A stretch of 64,000 nt of DNA, taken from assembly GCA_022787145.1 (NCBI GenBank), contig JALFVM010000050.1, forward strand, positions 1,161 through 65,160, in the 5' to 3' direction. The position numbers were made by a program, and so were the translations under genes. The DNA comes from Lachnospiraceae bacterium. Lineage in GTDB: Bacteria; Bacillota; Clostridia; Lachnospirales; Lachnospiraceae. Positions 36,065 through 45,228 of the stretch are shown here, one piece after another (position 1 is the stretch's first letter; every line of letters begins with the position of its first letter). Below the pieces are notes generated by a model. The model did no database searches and was not told the origin of the DNA. It saw only the letters and a list, made by a program, of their open reading frames with translations.

Positions 36065-38149
36065 ATGAAAGATATTCGTTCCTACCATCCGGTAGATGTC
36101 ATTGACGGCTTCCAGGTCTGTCCCGGAATCTATGAAATAAATGGAGCAACCACCATATCCAAGGGAGTGAACTTTACCATTCACTCACAAAATGCCACCT
36201 CGTGCACCCTTCTTCTTTACCGCGAAGGAGAGCAGGAAGCATTTGCCAAACTCCCGTTTCCACAGAGATACCGTCTGGGAAGAGTTTACTCTATGATGAT
36301 TTTTGATCTGGATATTGACGGTCTGGAATATGCCTATGAGATGGATGGTCCTTATAATCCTGAAAAAGGACTTTTATTCGACAAAACAAAACCACTTCTG
36401 GATCCCTATGCAAAAGCAGTTACCGGTCAGAAAGTATGGGGGGAACGCCCCGATATGCAGTCCCCTTACCGTGCACGCGTTGTCAAAAACGACTTTGACT
36501 GGGGACATTATGAACAGTCTTCGCTTCGGATGAAGGATTTGATTATTTATGAACTGCATGTACGCGGCTACACAAAAAGCCCGACTTCCCACACCACTCA
36601 TCCGGGAACTTTTGATGCAATCCGGGAAAAAATCCCTTACCTAAAACTTCTCGGAATCAATGCGGTAGAAATGATGCCGATTTTTGAATTTGATGAGACG
36701 ATGTCAAAACGAGAATACAACGGAAAAGAATTACTCGATTTCTGGGGATATAATACGGTCGGCTTTTTTGCCCCAAATACCAGCTATGCTGCCACGGATG
36801 AACATAACCATGAGGGGAAGGAATTAAAAAAACTGATTGATGAGCTTCATAAAAATGAAATTGATGTCATTTTAGATGTGGTATTCAATCATACAGCCGA
36901 AGGAAATGAGCAGGGGCCTTCCTTCTGTTTTAAAGGACTCGACAACAACATTTATTATATGCTGACACCAGACGGCAACTATTATAATTTCAGCGGCTGT
37001 GGAAACACCTTAAACTGCAATCACCCCATCGTCCGCCAAATGATCCTGGATTGTCTGCGTTACTGGGTGATCAACTACCGTGTCGACGGTTTTCGCTTTG
37101 ATCTTGCAAGCATTCTCGGAAGAAGTCCAAGCGGCGCTCCTCTTTCCAATCCGCCTCTTCTGGAAAGTCTCGCCTATGACCCAGTTCTCAGCCACGTAAA
37201 ACTGATTGCGGAAGCCTGGGATGCCGGAGGGCTCTACCAGGTAGGATCTTTTCCGGCAGAAGGGCGATGGGCGGAATGGAACGGTCGATACCGAGATGAC
37301 ATGCGTAACTATCTGAAAGGAGATTACAGTCTGGCTCCCGAAGCAGCCAACCGGCTTTCCGGCTCTGCCGATCTTTATACCCGCAAAAAAAAATACAGAG
37401 GCTACAATTCCTCTGTAAACTTTCTCACCTGTCATGATGGTTTCAGCCTGTATGATCTGTATGCTTACAACGAAAAACACAACGAAGCCAACGGCTGGAA
37501 TAACACCGATGGATCGGACGACAACCGAAGCTGGAACTGCGGCTGGGAGGGTGAAACAGAAAATCACCAAGTAAACACTCTCCGACGCAAAATGATTCGA
37601 AACGCTTTCGCAGTACTGATGTGCAGCCGCGGAACACCGATGTTTCTGGCAGGCGATGAATTTGGCTACACCAGAGGAGGAAACAACAATCCGTATTGCC
37701 AGGACAACGAAATCTCCTGGCTGGACTGGAGCCTTCTCGATAAAAACAGAGACCTCTTTGATTTCTGTTCTTATATGATTCATTTTCGCAAAAGGCACAA
37801 AACCATATGCGGAGATGTCGCAGCCTCCATCCACGGCTTTCCAAAAATCCGGGCATACACCAACGATCCGGCATACAATCGTATCGATTCACAGACAAAA
37901 TATATGGGAATCATGTTTGCCGGAAAACCACAGAACAGCAACAATGATGACATCGTTTATCTTGCCATCAATGTATTCTGGGAAGATCAGAGTTTTGCGC
38001 TTCCACCACTTCCTCTGAATCTGCACTGGCATTTGGCTGTCAATGCCGACACCGCAGACTGTTATCCAGAAGACCAGATGCCTCTGATCAAAGATTCCTT
38101 CCTGCTTCGTGCCCGCTCTGTGGCTGTGTTTGTGGCACTACCATGTTAA
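36065..38149 (+). CDS. glgX: Glycogen debranching enzyme (GH13 isoamylase type)
   Basis: GH13 regions DVVFNHT, DGFRFDLAS, EAWD, FLTCHDGF. N-terminal CBM48-like domain. 694 aa. Confidence 0.88.
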   Translation: MKDIRSYHPVDVIDGFQVCPGIYEINGATTISKGVNFTIHSQNATSCTLLLYREGEQEAFAKLPFPQRYRLGRVYSMMIFDLDIDGLEYAYEMDGPYNPEKGLLFDKTKPLLDPYAKAVTGQKVWGERPDMQSPYRARVVKNDFDWGHYEQSSLRMKDLIIYELHVRGYTKSPTSHTTHPGTFDAIREKIPYLKLLGINAVEMMPIFEFDETMSKREYNGKELLDFWGYNTVGFFAPNTSYAATDEHNHEGKELKKLIDELHKNEIDVILDVVFNHTAEGNEQGPSFCFKGLDNNIYYMLTPDGNYYNFSGCGNTLNCNHPIVRQMILDCLRYWVINYRVDGFRFDLASILGRSPSGAPLSNPPLLESLAYDPVLSHVKLIAEAWDAGGLYQVGSFPAEGRWAEWNGRYRDDMRNYLKGDYSLAPEAANRLSGSADLYTRKKKYRGYNSSVNFLTCHDGFSLYDLYAYNEKHNEANGWNNTDGSDDNRSWNCGWEGETENHQVNTLRRKMIRNAFAVLMCSRGTPMFLAGDEFGYTRGGNNNPYCQDNEISWLDWSLLDKNRDLFDFCSYMIHFRKRHKTICGDVAASIHGFPKIRAYTNDPAYNRIDSQTKYMGIMFAGKPQNSNNDDIVYLAINVFWEDQSFALPPLPLNLHWHLAVNADTADCYPEDQMPLIKDSFLLRARSVAVFVALPC

Positions 38150-39103
38150 CAAAGCAGCCGCCCAGGTAAGTCCTGCCCCAAAACCGGACAACACCAATAA
38201 ATCCCCACGCGTCAGCATTCCATCCCTGTTCATCTCATCAAGAAGAATCGGAATGCTTGCCGCCGATGTATTTCCCCGTCTGTCCAGATTGACGGGGAAT
38301 TTTTCTTCTTCCACCTTCAATCGTTTGGCAACAGACTGAATGATTCGTTTATTTGCCTGATGCAAAACAAAATATTTGATTTCTTCCGGATGTACACCTG
38401 CCTGCTCTAATACCTCTGTAATACACTGCGGTACTGTTTTGACTGCAAACTTAAAGACCGCCTGTCCATCCATCTGAAGAGGCACAGCCGGATGTCCCTG
38501 CTGTTCTGACGGCGTCGGAAAAGTCGAAGCATGGCTGATTAATACTTCTCCCTGGCTTCCGTCAGAATGCTGCACCACGTTCATCAAACCGATTTCGGAT
38601 GCTTCTACCACACATGCACCTGCTCCATCTCCAAATAAAACACAAGTTCCTCTGTCCGTCCAGTCAACCACTCTGGACAATGTTTCTGTACCGATCACCA
38701 GAGCCTTTTTGTACACACCCATCGACAAGTATGCCTGTGCCGTATGAAGCGCAAATAAAAAGCCAGAACAAGCAGCACTAATATCAAAAGCCACCGCATG
38801 GTCTGCATGGATTTCTGCCTGAATCTGGCAGGCAGTACTCGGAAAATAGCTTTCCCCAGAACAGGTTGCCACAAGAATCAGATCCATTTCCCCGGCATTT
38901 GCTCCTGCATTTTCCAGCGCGCGTCTGGCGGCCTCACTTCCCATTGTCACTACAGACTCACCTTCTCCCGCAATTCTTCTCTCCCGAATACCGGTTCGGC
39001 TGCTGATCCACTCATCGTTTGTCTCTACTATTTTAGATAAATCATCATTTGTTAATATCTTTTTCGGAAGCGCACTTCCTGTTCCACTAATTCTAATTGT
39101 CAT
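38138..39103 (-). CDS. fabH: 3-oxoacyl-ACP synthase III (KAS III)
   Basis: 321 aa. Cys-His-Asn triad contexts AACSGF, HQAN, GNTSAAS. Confidence 0.85.
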   Translation of the reverse strand: MTIRISGTGSALPKKILTNDDLSKIVETNDEWISSRTGIRERRIAGEGESVVTMGSEAARRALENAGANAGEMDLILVATCSGESYFPSTACQIQAEIHADHAVAFDISAACSGFLFALHTAQAYLSMGVYKKALVIGTETLSRVVDWTDRGTCVLFGDGAGACVVEASEIGLMNVVQHSDGSQGEVLISHASTFPTPSEQQGHPAVPLQMDGQAVFKFAVKTVPQCITEVLEQAGVHPEEIKYFVLHQANKRIIQSVAKRLKVEEEKFPVNLDRRGNTSAASIPILLDEMNRDGMLTRGDLLVLSGFGAGLTWAAALLTW

Positions 39104-39277
39104 ATTTATTTACCTTTGCTATTATTTTGATTATCAAACTATTCAAACAAAGTATAGGTACTTTTTCTATGTTTGTCAAGCTGATTTTGACACTCCCTAT
39201 AAGGAAAACAAGATACCGTACTACAAGAAAGGAACTTTGCATTACGCAAAGCCCCTTTCAATACGTTCTTTATTCAT

Positions 39278-41134
39278 TTATTCCACTGCAACCGTCTCAT
39301 CACCAGACTCTACAGCAATCTGTTCTGTAATATTTTTCTTTTCTGTTTCTTCCTTGTCCTCTGTTGCCAGCACCAGGGACTGCTCCAGCAACTTCTGGTC
39401 TTGTTCTTCCCGCTGTGCAATCACTTCTTCCTTTGTCGGGAAAACAGATGGACAACGAATGTAACGGAAGCTGGCAGAATATGCCTCTCCTACCACAACT
39501 CCATTCTGGCCGGAAGAACAATGAACAGCAATCCAGTCGCCCTCATCTGTCTGACCTACCAAAATTCCTACATGGTTATTGCTTCCACCCTCGGGTCCTC
39601 TCTGGAATACAAGATCGCCCGGCTGTGCATCCTGTGCATTGATCGTCTCACAGTGCTCCCACTGGTCGGACGTTCCCTCGCCAATCGCATCGCCTTTCTC
39701 TGTGTCTTTATACCCATTGACAAAAGCCCAGGTAACAAATCCACTGCAGTCCAGTCCATACGCTCTTGTTGTACCGGAAGTTTTGCTTCCATCAGCACTG
39801 ACGGTAGCAGCTGTTCCCCAGCTGGAATCCCATCCGATGACTCTTGATTTTCCTCCCCAGAAATATCCAACCTTTCCTACCAGGCTGTAAGCGGCAGAAA
39901 TGACATCCACACGCTCTTCTGCAATATCATCACCGGCACTTTCACGGATAAAGCCCTTTGCCGCAGTGACCGTAGAGCATAACAGTGCACAGTCTTTCGA
40001 TGTATATTTATTTAAAAGTGCTTTATCACTCTTGCTGAGTTCTTCTTTATGATTCTTTACATAATCAGAAACATGAAGATTTTCATAAGAAATTTTCAGA
40101 ATATTTTTCTTATCGCGGACAACCTGGTTCATTTCTTCAAAAATCTCTGCCAATGCAGTTTTTGATGTCTTATCCAGTATAATCTCTTCTTTGCCCGCAT
40201 CTGTCTGCTGCAGCACATATACAGCCAGAATATCCTGCCAGTTGCGAACAAGAATCTCCGTATCCTCACTGATCTTATTCTTTTCTTTGTATTCCTTCTC
40301 AATGGAATCCATGACATCTTCAAATTCATCATCAAAAGATAAGGCATACGTTTCCTTCAACTGATCCAGATAAAAAGATCTGCCGGCATGAAGATTTGTT
40401 ACACCAGTACTTCCGGAATATACAACGGCGGCACCTTCTACTGCTGAATAACCGCTGGAGTCATAAGAAGTGCCTGTACTGGCTCCACTTTCACTTCCAT
40501 CTCCAGTGTCTACATCATCCACCGTGACAGAATCGTCTTTGTATTGTTCTTCTGCTTTTTTCAGAATATCATAATTGCTTACCAGTTTTTTCTCTTCCTC
40601 AGACAACGCCTCATAAGCTTTGCGTACTTTTTCAAGTTCTTCTTTTGTCAGATTGTCTTTTTTGCCAAGTTTCTCAATCAGTTGAATGACTTTTTTCGTA
40701 TTTTTATCCGGAGTTGGCGTCGGATCTGGCGTGTCGATTGGATCCGGATCTGGCGTCGGTGTTTCGGTCGGATCCGGCGTCGGTGTTTCAGTCGGATCCG
40801 GCGTCGGTGTTTCAGTCGGATCCGGCGTCGGCGTTTCGGTCGGATCCGGCGTCGGTGTTTCGGTCGGATCCGGTGTCTCCGGTGTCTGAGTCGGATCTGG
40901 TGTCTCCGGTGTTTGAGTCGGATCTGGTGTCTGAATCGGATCCAACTCAGGTACAGAAGGCTCCTGTGGTTCTGGCTCCGCCAACTCTTCCGATTCATTC
41001 ACTTCCTCTGCCTGTTGTATTGTTTCTACTGCAGGCGTCTCGTCAACACTGGCAAAAACCCCCACAGAGCTGGACATTATCATTGCTGAAACCAAAGTAA
41101 TGCACAGCATTTTTGTTACATATTTATTTTTCAT
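39278..41134 (-). CDS. Secreted NlpC/P60-family cell-wall hydrolase with Pro/Thr-rich repeat linker
   Basis: Signal peptide, (ETPTPDPT)n linker, C-terminal NlpC/P60 catalytic Cys context GLDCSGFVTWAF and a downstream His. GGGAG RBS. Confidence 0.8.
   Translation of the reverse strand: MKNKYVTKMLCITLVSAMIMSSSVGVFASVDETPAVETIQQAEEVNESEELAEPEPQEPSVPELDPIQTPDPTQTPETPDPTQTPETPDPTETPTPDPTETPTPDPTETPTPDPTETPTPDPTETPTPDPDPIDTPDPTPTPDKNTKKVIQLIEKLGKKDNLTKEELEKVRKAYEALSEEEKKLVSNYDILKKAEEQYKDDSVTVDDVDTGDGSESGASTGTSYDSSGYSAVEGAAVVYSGSTGVTNLHAGRSFYLDQLKETYALSFDDEFEDVMDSIEKEYKEKNKISEDTEILVRNWQDILAVYVLQQTDAGKEEIILDKTSKTALAEIFEEMNQVVRDKKNILKISYENLHVSDYVKNHKEELSKSDKALLNKYTSKDCALLCSTVTAAKGFIRESAGDDIAEERVDVISAAYSLVGKVGYFWGGKSRVIGWDSSWGTAATVSADGSKTSGTTRAYGLDCSGFVTWAFVNGYKDTEKGDAIGEGTSDQWEHCETINAQDAQPGDLVFQRGPEGGSNNHVGILVGQTDEGDWIAVHCSSGQNGVVVGEAYSASFRYIRCPSVFPTKEEVIAQREEQDQKLLEQSLVLATEDKEETEKKNITEQIAVESGDETVAVE
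40716..40945. repeat. In-frame tandem repeats (about five 24-bp units plus 27-bp variants) encoding the PT-rich linker
   Basis: CGGATCCGGCGTCGGTGTTTC(A/G)GT is reiterated head-to-tail. Confidence 0.8.
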
Positions 41135-41237
41135 TTAAGGACTCCCTTCAGTCTGCCTGTTGCTTTTTATCAGCATGTGTAACGCTATTTTTTCATAGTC
41201 ATAGGACAATCTCCACTTTATTGTCCCGTATGTGCAC

Positions 41238-41266
41238 ATTGTAACATAACACAATTTCATAATCAA
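41238..41266 (-). promoter_or_regulatory. Sigma-70-type promoter of the NlpC/P60 gene
   Basis: Minus strand reads TTGATT (41266-41261), 17 nt, TACAAT (41243-41238), about 100 nt upstream of the ATG. Confidence 0.5.
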
Positions 41267-41347
41267 GAGACAAGCCGGGAATATTCGTGACAATTTTGTG
41301 AACAGTAACGTGAACTCTTTGTACACCTTGTATCTTCCAGGGTTCCG

Positions 41348-42592
41348 TTATTCTCTTCGCAAAGCTTCAATCGGACTCATTTTTGCCGCTTTCTTTGCAG
41401 GATAAATTCCAAAGAAAATTCCCACACCGGAAGAAAATAAAGTTGCCAGAAGAATGGTACTGACTTTGATTCCCGGCGTGAAATTCAACATTGGAAGCGA
41501 ACAGATCGTATACGCCAAAACAGTTCCAAGAATAATTCCAATCAGTCCTCCAATTCCTGCAATGATTGCAGATTCTGCCAGAAACTGTAGCATGATGGAG
41601 CCGGTCTTTGCGCCAAGTGCCTTACGAATTCCAATCTCTCTTGTGCGTTCCGTTACAGATACCAGCATAATATTCATCACACCGATACCACCGACCAAAA
41701 GCGAAATTGCCGCCACAAGAGAAATAAACGCCGTTACCATACCCATACTGGACTCTATGGTCTTAATCTGAGCGTCTGCATCTTCCATCATATAATAATC
41801 TTCCTGTGACACATGATGGCGCTGCTTTAACAGTTTCACTGCCTCATCTGAAATCTGATCGGTTGGTGTCTGTCCATCTGTCGTGATATAAAATCCATAA
41901 ATATTGTCGCTCGTTTCCCATCCAAAGCTTTCAAACAGCGTGTATGGAATATCAAGAGAAATGCTCTTCTCCATGTTGTATCCGCTTCCCATCATCGACG
42001 CGATTACCCCACTGTTTCCAGCATTTTTATCTTCTGTGATGCCAATGATGGTCAGATCCAACGTCACCTGATATAAGGTAACTTCTATATTCATTCCAAG
42101 AACATCGTCCGTTCCAAAAGCCTTTACGGCATCTTCTTTTTTAATCGTACAGACACGGTTTCCTGTGGAGATATCACTTTTATTGAAAAAACGTCCTTCT
42201 TTGACATTGAGCATAGATACCTCCTGTGCTCCCGTTCCTCCTCCACTTAAGTTTACACTGAACTCACCCTTTGGAACAATCGCTGTGCCATAGTCATTGC
42301 AAAACGGTGACGTTCCTGTCACACCTTCAAGTTCTTCTACTGCATCCAAATCGTCTGCATTCATATAATCTTCATTGTTGTAGGCTTCATCCCCCATATA
42401 GATTGCGAGCTGACCGCCAATCATGGAATTAAATTGATCTCCCATTTCTTTTTTGAAACCGTCACCGACTGCCATAATCGTGATGACCGAGGAAATACCA
42501 ATGATAATTCCCAGCATCGTAAGAACTGACCGCCCCTTGTTCGCCCTGATATTGGATAAAGCCATCTTGATATATTCTAATAGCTGTGTCAT
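41348..42592 (-). CDS. MacB/FtsX-type ABC transporter permease
   Basis: 414 aa. N-terminal TM, large extracytoplasmic MacB_PCD-like domain, C-terminal FtsX 3-TM bundle. ATGA overlap with the adaptor gene. Confidence 0.85.
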   Translation of the reverse strand: MTQLLEYIKMALSNIRANKGRSVLTMLGIIIGISSVITIMAVGDGFKKEMGDQFNSMIGGQLAIYMGDEAYNNEDYMNADDLDAVEELEGVTGTSPFCNDYGTAIVPKGEFSVNLSGGGTGAQEVSMLNVKEGRFFNKSDISTGNRVCTIKKEDAVKAFGTDDVLGMNIEVTLYQVTLDLTIIGITEDKNAGNSGVIASMMGSGYNMEKSISLDIPYTLFESFGWETSDNIYGFYITTDGQTPTDQISDEAVKLLKQRHHVSQEDYYMMEDADAQIKTIESSMGMVTAFISLVAAISLLVGGIGVMNIMLVSVTERTREIGIRKALGAKTGSIMLQFLAESAIIAGIGGLIGIILGTVLAYTICSLPMLNFTPGIKVSTILLATLFSSGVGIFFGIYPAKKAAKMSPIEALRRE

Positions 42593-44289
42593 TCTTCTGC
42601 ACGAACCTCGCTTCCTTCTTCTACACCCTCCGGAAGTTCCTCAATCACTGCATCTCCTTCCTTCAGTCCACTCAACACTTCTGTTTCATCCACAGAATTC
42701 ACCCCTGTTTTGATATCACATCTTGTCACAATACCATCCTGGAGCGTATAACAGAATGTTCCATCTTTTCCAGTGTTGACAGCCTCGGTCGGTACCGTGA
42801 GAACACCTTTTTGCTCTGCTGTAATAATCGTAACCTTTGCTTCTACGCCAAGAAAAACATTGTCATCCGGATTGTCAAGCTTCACTTCACAGGTAATGAC
42901 TGGAGAACCTTTTTCGTTTGTCTGCGCCACTTTGCTGATGCTGTTAACCGTAGCCTCATACTCATTATTTCCAATCGTCACCGTGGCATTCTGTCCTTCT
43001 TTTAATTTTCCAAAATCGTATTTGGAAACGGTAGCACGGACAGCTACTTCCCGGTTGCTCGATACCGTCACCAGCTCCAGCCCCTGCGTTGCCGGTGTTC
43101 CTTCCGTCAGATCTGCTTTTGTAATGATTCCATCAAACTCTGCCTGAATTCCCTTTTTTCCTTTTTGCAGCAATTCCTCTACCGACGCAGACTCCAATTC
43201 CGCCATATTATTGCTGCTGTCCATCGCTTTCTTTCCGGATTCTGTCATCACAGCCGTATCTGCGGCAGATACTTTTGCTTTTTCTTCTGCCAGATCACTT
43301 TGAAGTTCTGCCAGTGTCTCCTGCGCACTTTGCAGATCCAGCTGCCACTGTGCAATCTGCACATCTGCCGATGCATCCGATGCGGATGTATAATTTGCCG
43401 AAGCAGCCGACAGCTCCTCAATCTGATTTTGAATTTCCTGTGCCGAAATTTCAGCATAATCGCCCAGCTGGTTCTTCAGTTCCTCAATTTTTTCTGTATT
43501 TTCCTCCAGCTGTTTTTCTTTTTCCTTAATCTGTTTTTCCAAAATATCGGCGGTTGCCTCATCCTTTTCAAATTCAGTCTGCGATTTCTGCACAGACAAC
43601 TGATCGATTTCCGCCTGCAGATTACTGTTTGCGGTAAGAAGTGACTCTTTTTGTGCAGCAGGAACAAGGGCCGCATTCAGCTGCGCCAGCTGCCCGCTCT
43701 GATTCTCGGCATTGCTGACTGCCGCATGATATGCCTCATCTGCCAGCTGTTGTGTCCTGTTATTGATTGCGGCATTTAAATCATTGATATAATTCTTATA
43801 ATTATTGATATCATTTTCAAGGATCGCCACATTTTGGCTTGCAACAGCCGCCTCGTCCAGTGTTTTCTGATTTTTCTCTACGATATCTTTGTTGTTGTTA
43901 ATCGTGGAACTTGCCGTCAGTTCTGCTTTTTGATTATCTTTTTCCAAATTATTTGTATCAAAGGCTACCAACATATCGCCTTTTTTTACTACCTGACCAA
44001 CCTTGCTGTTGTATTCGCGGATATTCGCATTCACCGGTGAAAAATACGTCTTTGTTTTCAGACTGATGACGGTTCCGCTCGTATCAAGAACAGAAGTAAT
44101 GTCTCCACTTTTCACCGCCGTCACACGGGCTACAGGAACTGCGTCCTGTTTTGGCATCATCTTTGTCGCTGCAACGCCTCCCACAACAGCAACCGCACAC
44201 ACACACCAAATGACCGTCTTTCTTTTTTTGCCTTTTTTTACCTGCTGTGCCGTCTTCGGGACTTTGCCTTTTCCATCTTTTTTAAACAT
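42589..44289 (-). CDS. HlyD/MFP-family periplasmic adaptor with very long coiled coil
   Basis: N-terminal TM anchor, lipoyl-like motif (VVKKGDMLVAFD), about 250-aa coiled coil, beta-barrel C-terminus. The ATG at 44289 lies 10 nt after AAGGAG; the ORF-track start at 44298 is a GTG. Confidence 0.78.
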   Translation of the reverse strand: MFKKDGKGKVPKTAQQVKKGKKRKTVIWCVCAVAVVGGVAATKMMPKQDAVPVARVTAVKSGDITSVLDTSGTVISLKTKTYFSPVNANIREYNSKVGQVVKKGDMLVAFDTNNLEKDNQKAELTASSTINNNKDIVEKNQKTLDEAAVASQNVAILENDINNYKNYINDLNAAINNRTQQLADEAYHAAVSNAENQSGQLAQLNAALVPAAQKESLLTANSNLQAEIDQLSVQKSQTEFEKDEATADILEKQIKEKEKQLEENTEKIEELKNQLGDYAEISAQEIQNQIEELSAASANYTSASDASADVQIAQWQLDLQSAQETLAELQSDLAEEKAKVSAADTAVMTESGKKAMDSSNNMAELESASVEELLQKGKKGIQAEFDGIITKADLTEGTPATQGLELVTVSSNREVAVRATVSKYDFGKLKEGQNATVTIGNNEYEATVNSISKVAQTNEKGSPVITCEVKLDNPDDNVFLGVEAKVTIITAEQKGVLTVPTEAVNTGKDGTFCYTLQDGIVTRCDIKTGVNSVDETEVLSGLKEGDAVIEELPEGVEEGSEVRAEE

Positions 44290-45004
44290 CTTTTTCACGC
44301 TCCTTTATTTCTTCGTATTCCTCATTTTCATAATCTTCTACGATTTTTCCATCCATAATACGGATGATTCGTTTTGCCTGTCTGGCAATATCATCATCAT
44401 GTGTAATAATCACGACCGTTCGCCCTTCACTGTGAAGCTTTCGCAAAATCCCCATGATCTCCTTCGTAGAAGAAGAATCCAGGTTTCCGGTCGGCTCATC
44501 TGCCAGAATCACCGGTGGTCTGGCCGCAATGGCTCTCGCAATCGCAACTCTCTGCTGCTGTCCGCCCGACATCTCGGAGGGCTTGTGGTTCATACGTTTT
44601 TCCAGCCCAACCATACAAAGCGATTCATGCGCCAGCCGTTCACGCTCCGCTCTCCCCACACCCCTGTAAATCAAAGGAAGTTCCACGTTTCCAACGGCTG
44701 TCAGATTGCTGATCAGATTAAAGCCCTGAAAAATAAAGCCAATTTCACGATTTCGGATTTCCGAAAGATCGTTGTCGGTCAGACAGGAAACATCCATTCC
44801 ATGCAGGAAATACTGTCCGGAAGTTGGTACATCCAGACATCCTAGCATATTCATGAGTGTTGATTTTCCGGAACCGGAATGTCCGATAATTGCCACCAGC
44901 TCTCCCTCGTACACATCCAGATTTACATGGTCCAGCGCCCGCACCTCATTTTCTCCCGGATTATAAATTTTGCACATATCTCTGATTTCAATTAATTTTT
45001 CCAT
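44282..45004 (-). CDS. ABC transporter ATP-binding protein (MacB/LolD type)
   Basis: Walker [10 protein letters not shown], signature MSGGQQQR, Walker [12 protein letters not shown]. Confidence 0.9.
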   Translation of the reverse strand: MEKLIEIRDMCKIYNPGENEVRALDHVNLDVYEGELVAIIGHSGSGKSTLMNMLGCLDVPTSGQYFLHGMDVSCLTDNDLSEIRNREIGFIFQGFNLISNLTAVGNVELPLIYRGVGRAERERLAHESLCMVGLEKRMNHKPSEMSGGQQQRVAIARAIAARPPVILADEPTGNLDSSSTKEIMGILRKLHSEGRTVVIITHDDDIARQAKRIIRIMDGKIVEDYENEEYEEIKEREKDV

Positions 45005-45164
45005 ACGATCCCCGCCTTTTGTACTATTTAATTAATACAATAATACATTTTTCTTTCCTTGTCAATCTCTACTACTATAATATATCATTTTCCCTCTTAT
45101 TCCCAGTACCCTGGTCTTACACTTTTGTAAGGATTTCCTTAAGAATTTCTGAAGACGCAATTAG

Positions 45165-45203
45165 CGCAAAAAAAGATGCTCCCGCACATTGGCAGGAACA
45201 CCT
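45165..45203 (-). terminator. Rho-independent terminator of gltD
   Basis: Minus-strand stem GGUGUUCCUGC / GCGGGAGCAUC (three G-U pairs) followed by UUUUUUUGCG. Confidence 0.65.
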
Positions 45204-45228
45204 TTTTTATTCGGATGAATCATCCTTT

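Noticed and set aside
37010-37834. 274-aa minus-strand ORF inside glgX (plus similar long antisense ORFs at 31624-32601, 45643-46701, 46880-47776 and 1030-1635)
   Set aside because: All lie opposite confidently assigned genes (glgX, asd, gltD, gltB, leuC). They lack RBSs and family motifs.
40716-40945. Possible CRISPR-like array because of regular short repeats
   Set aside because: The units are contiguous with no spacers, in frame within a CDS, and no cas genes are present. They are coding tandem repeats. The same holds for 24760-24905 and 59245-59390.
40544-41100. Arg-rich and Gly/Val/Ser-rich repeat ORFs (40678-40998 -, 40544-41089 +, 40686-40889 +, 40714-41100 +)
   Set aside because: These are alternative frames or strands of the 24-bp PT-linker repeats of the NlpC/P60 gene. 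The hydrolase frame has a signal peptide, an RBS and a catalytic domain.
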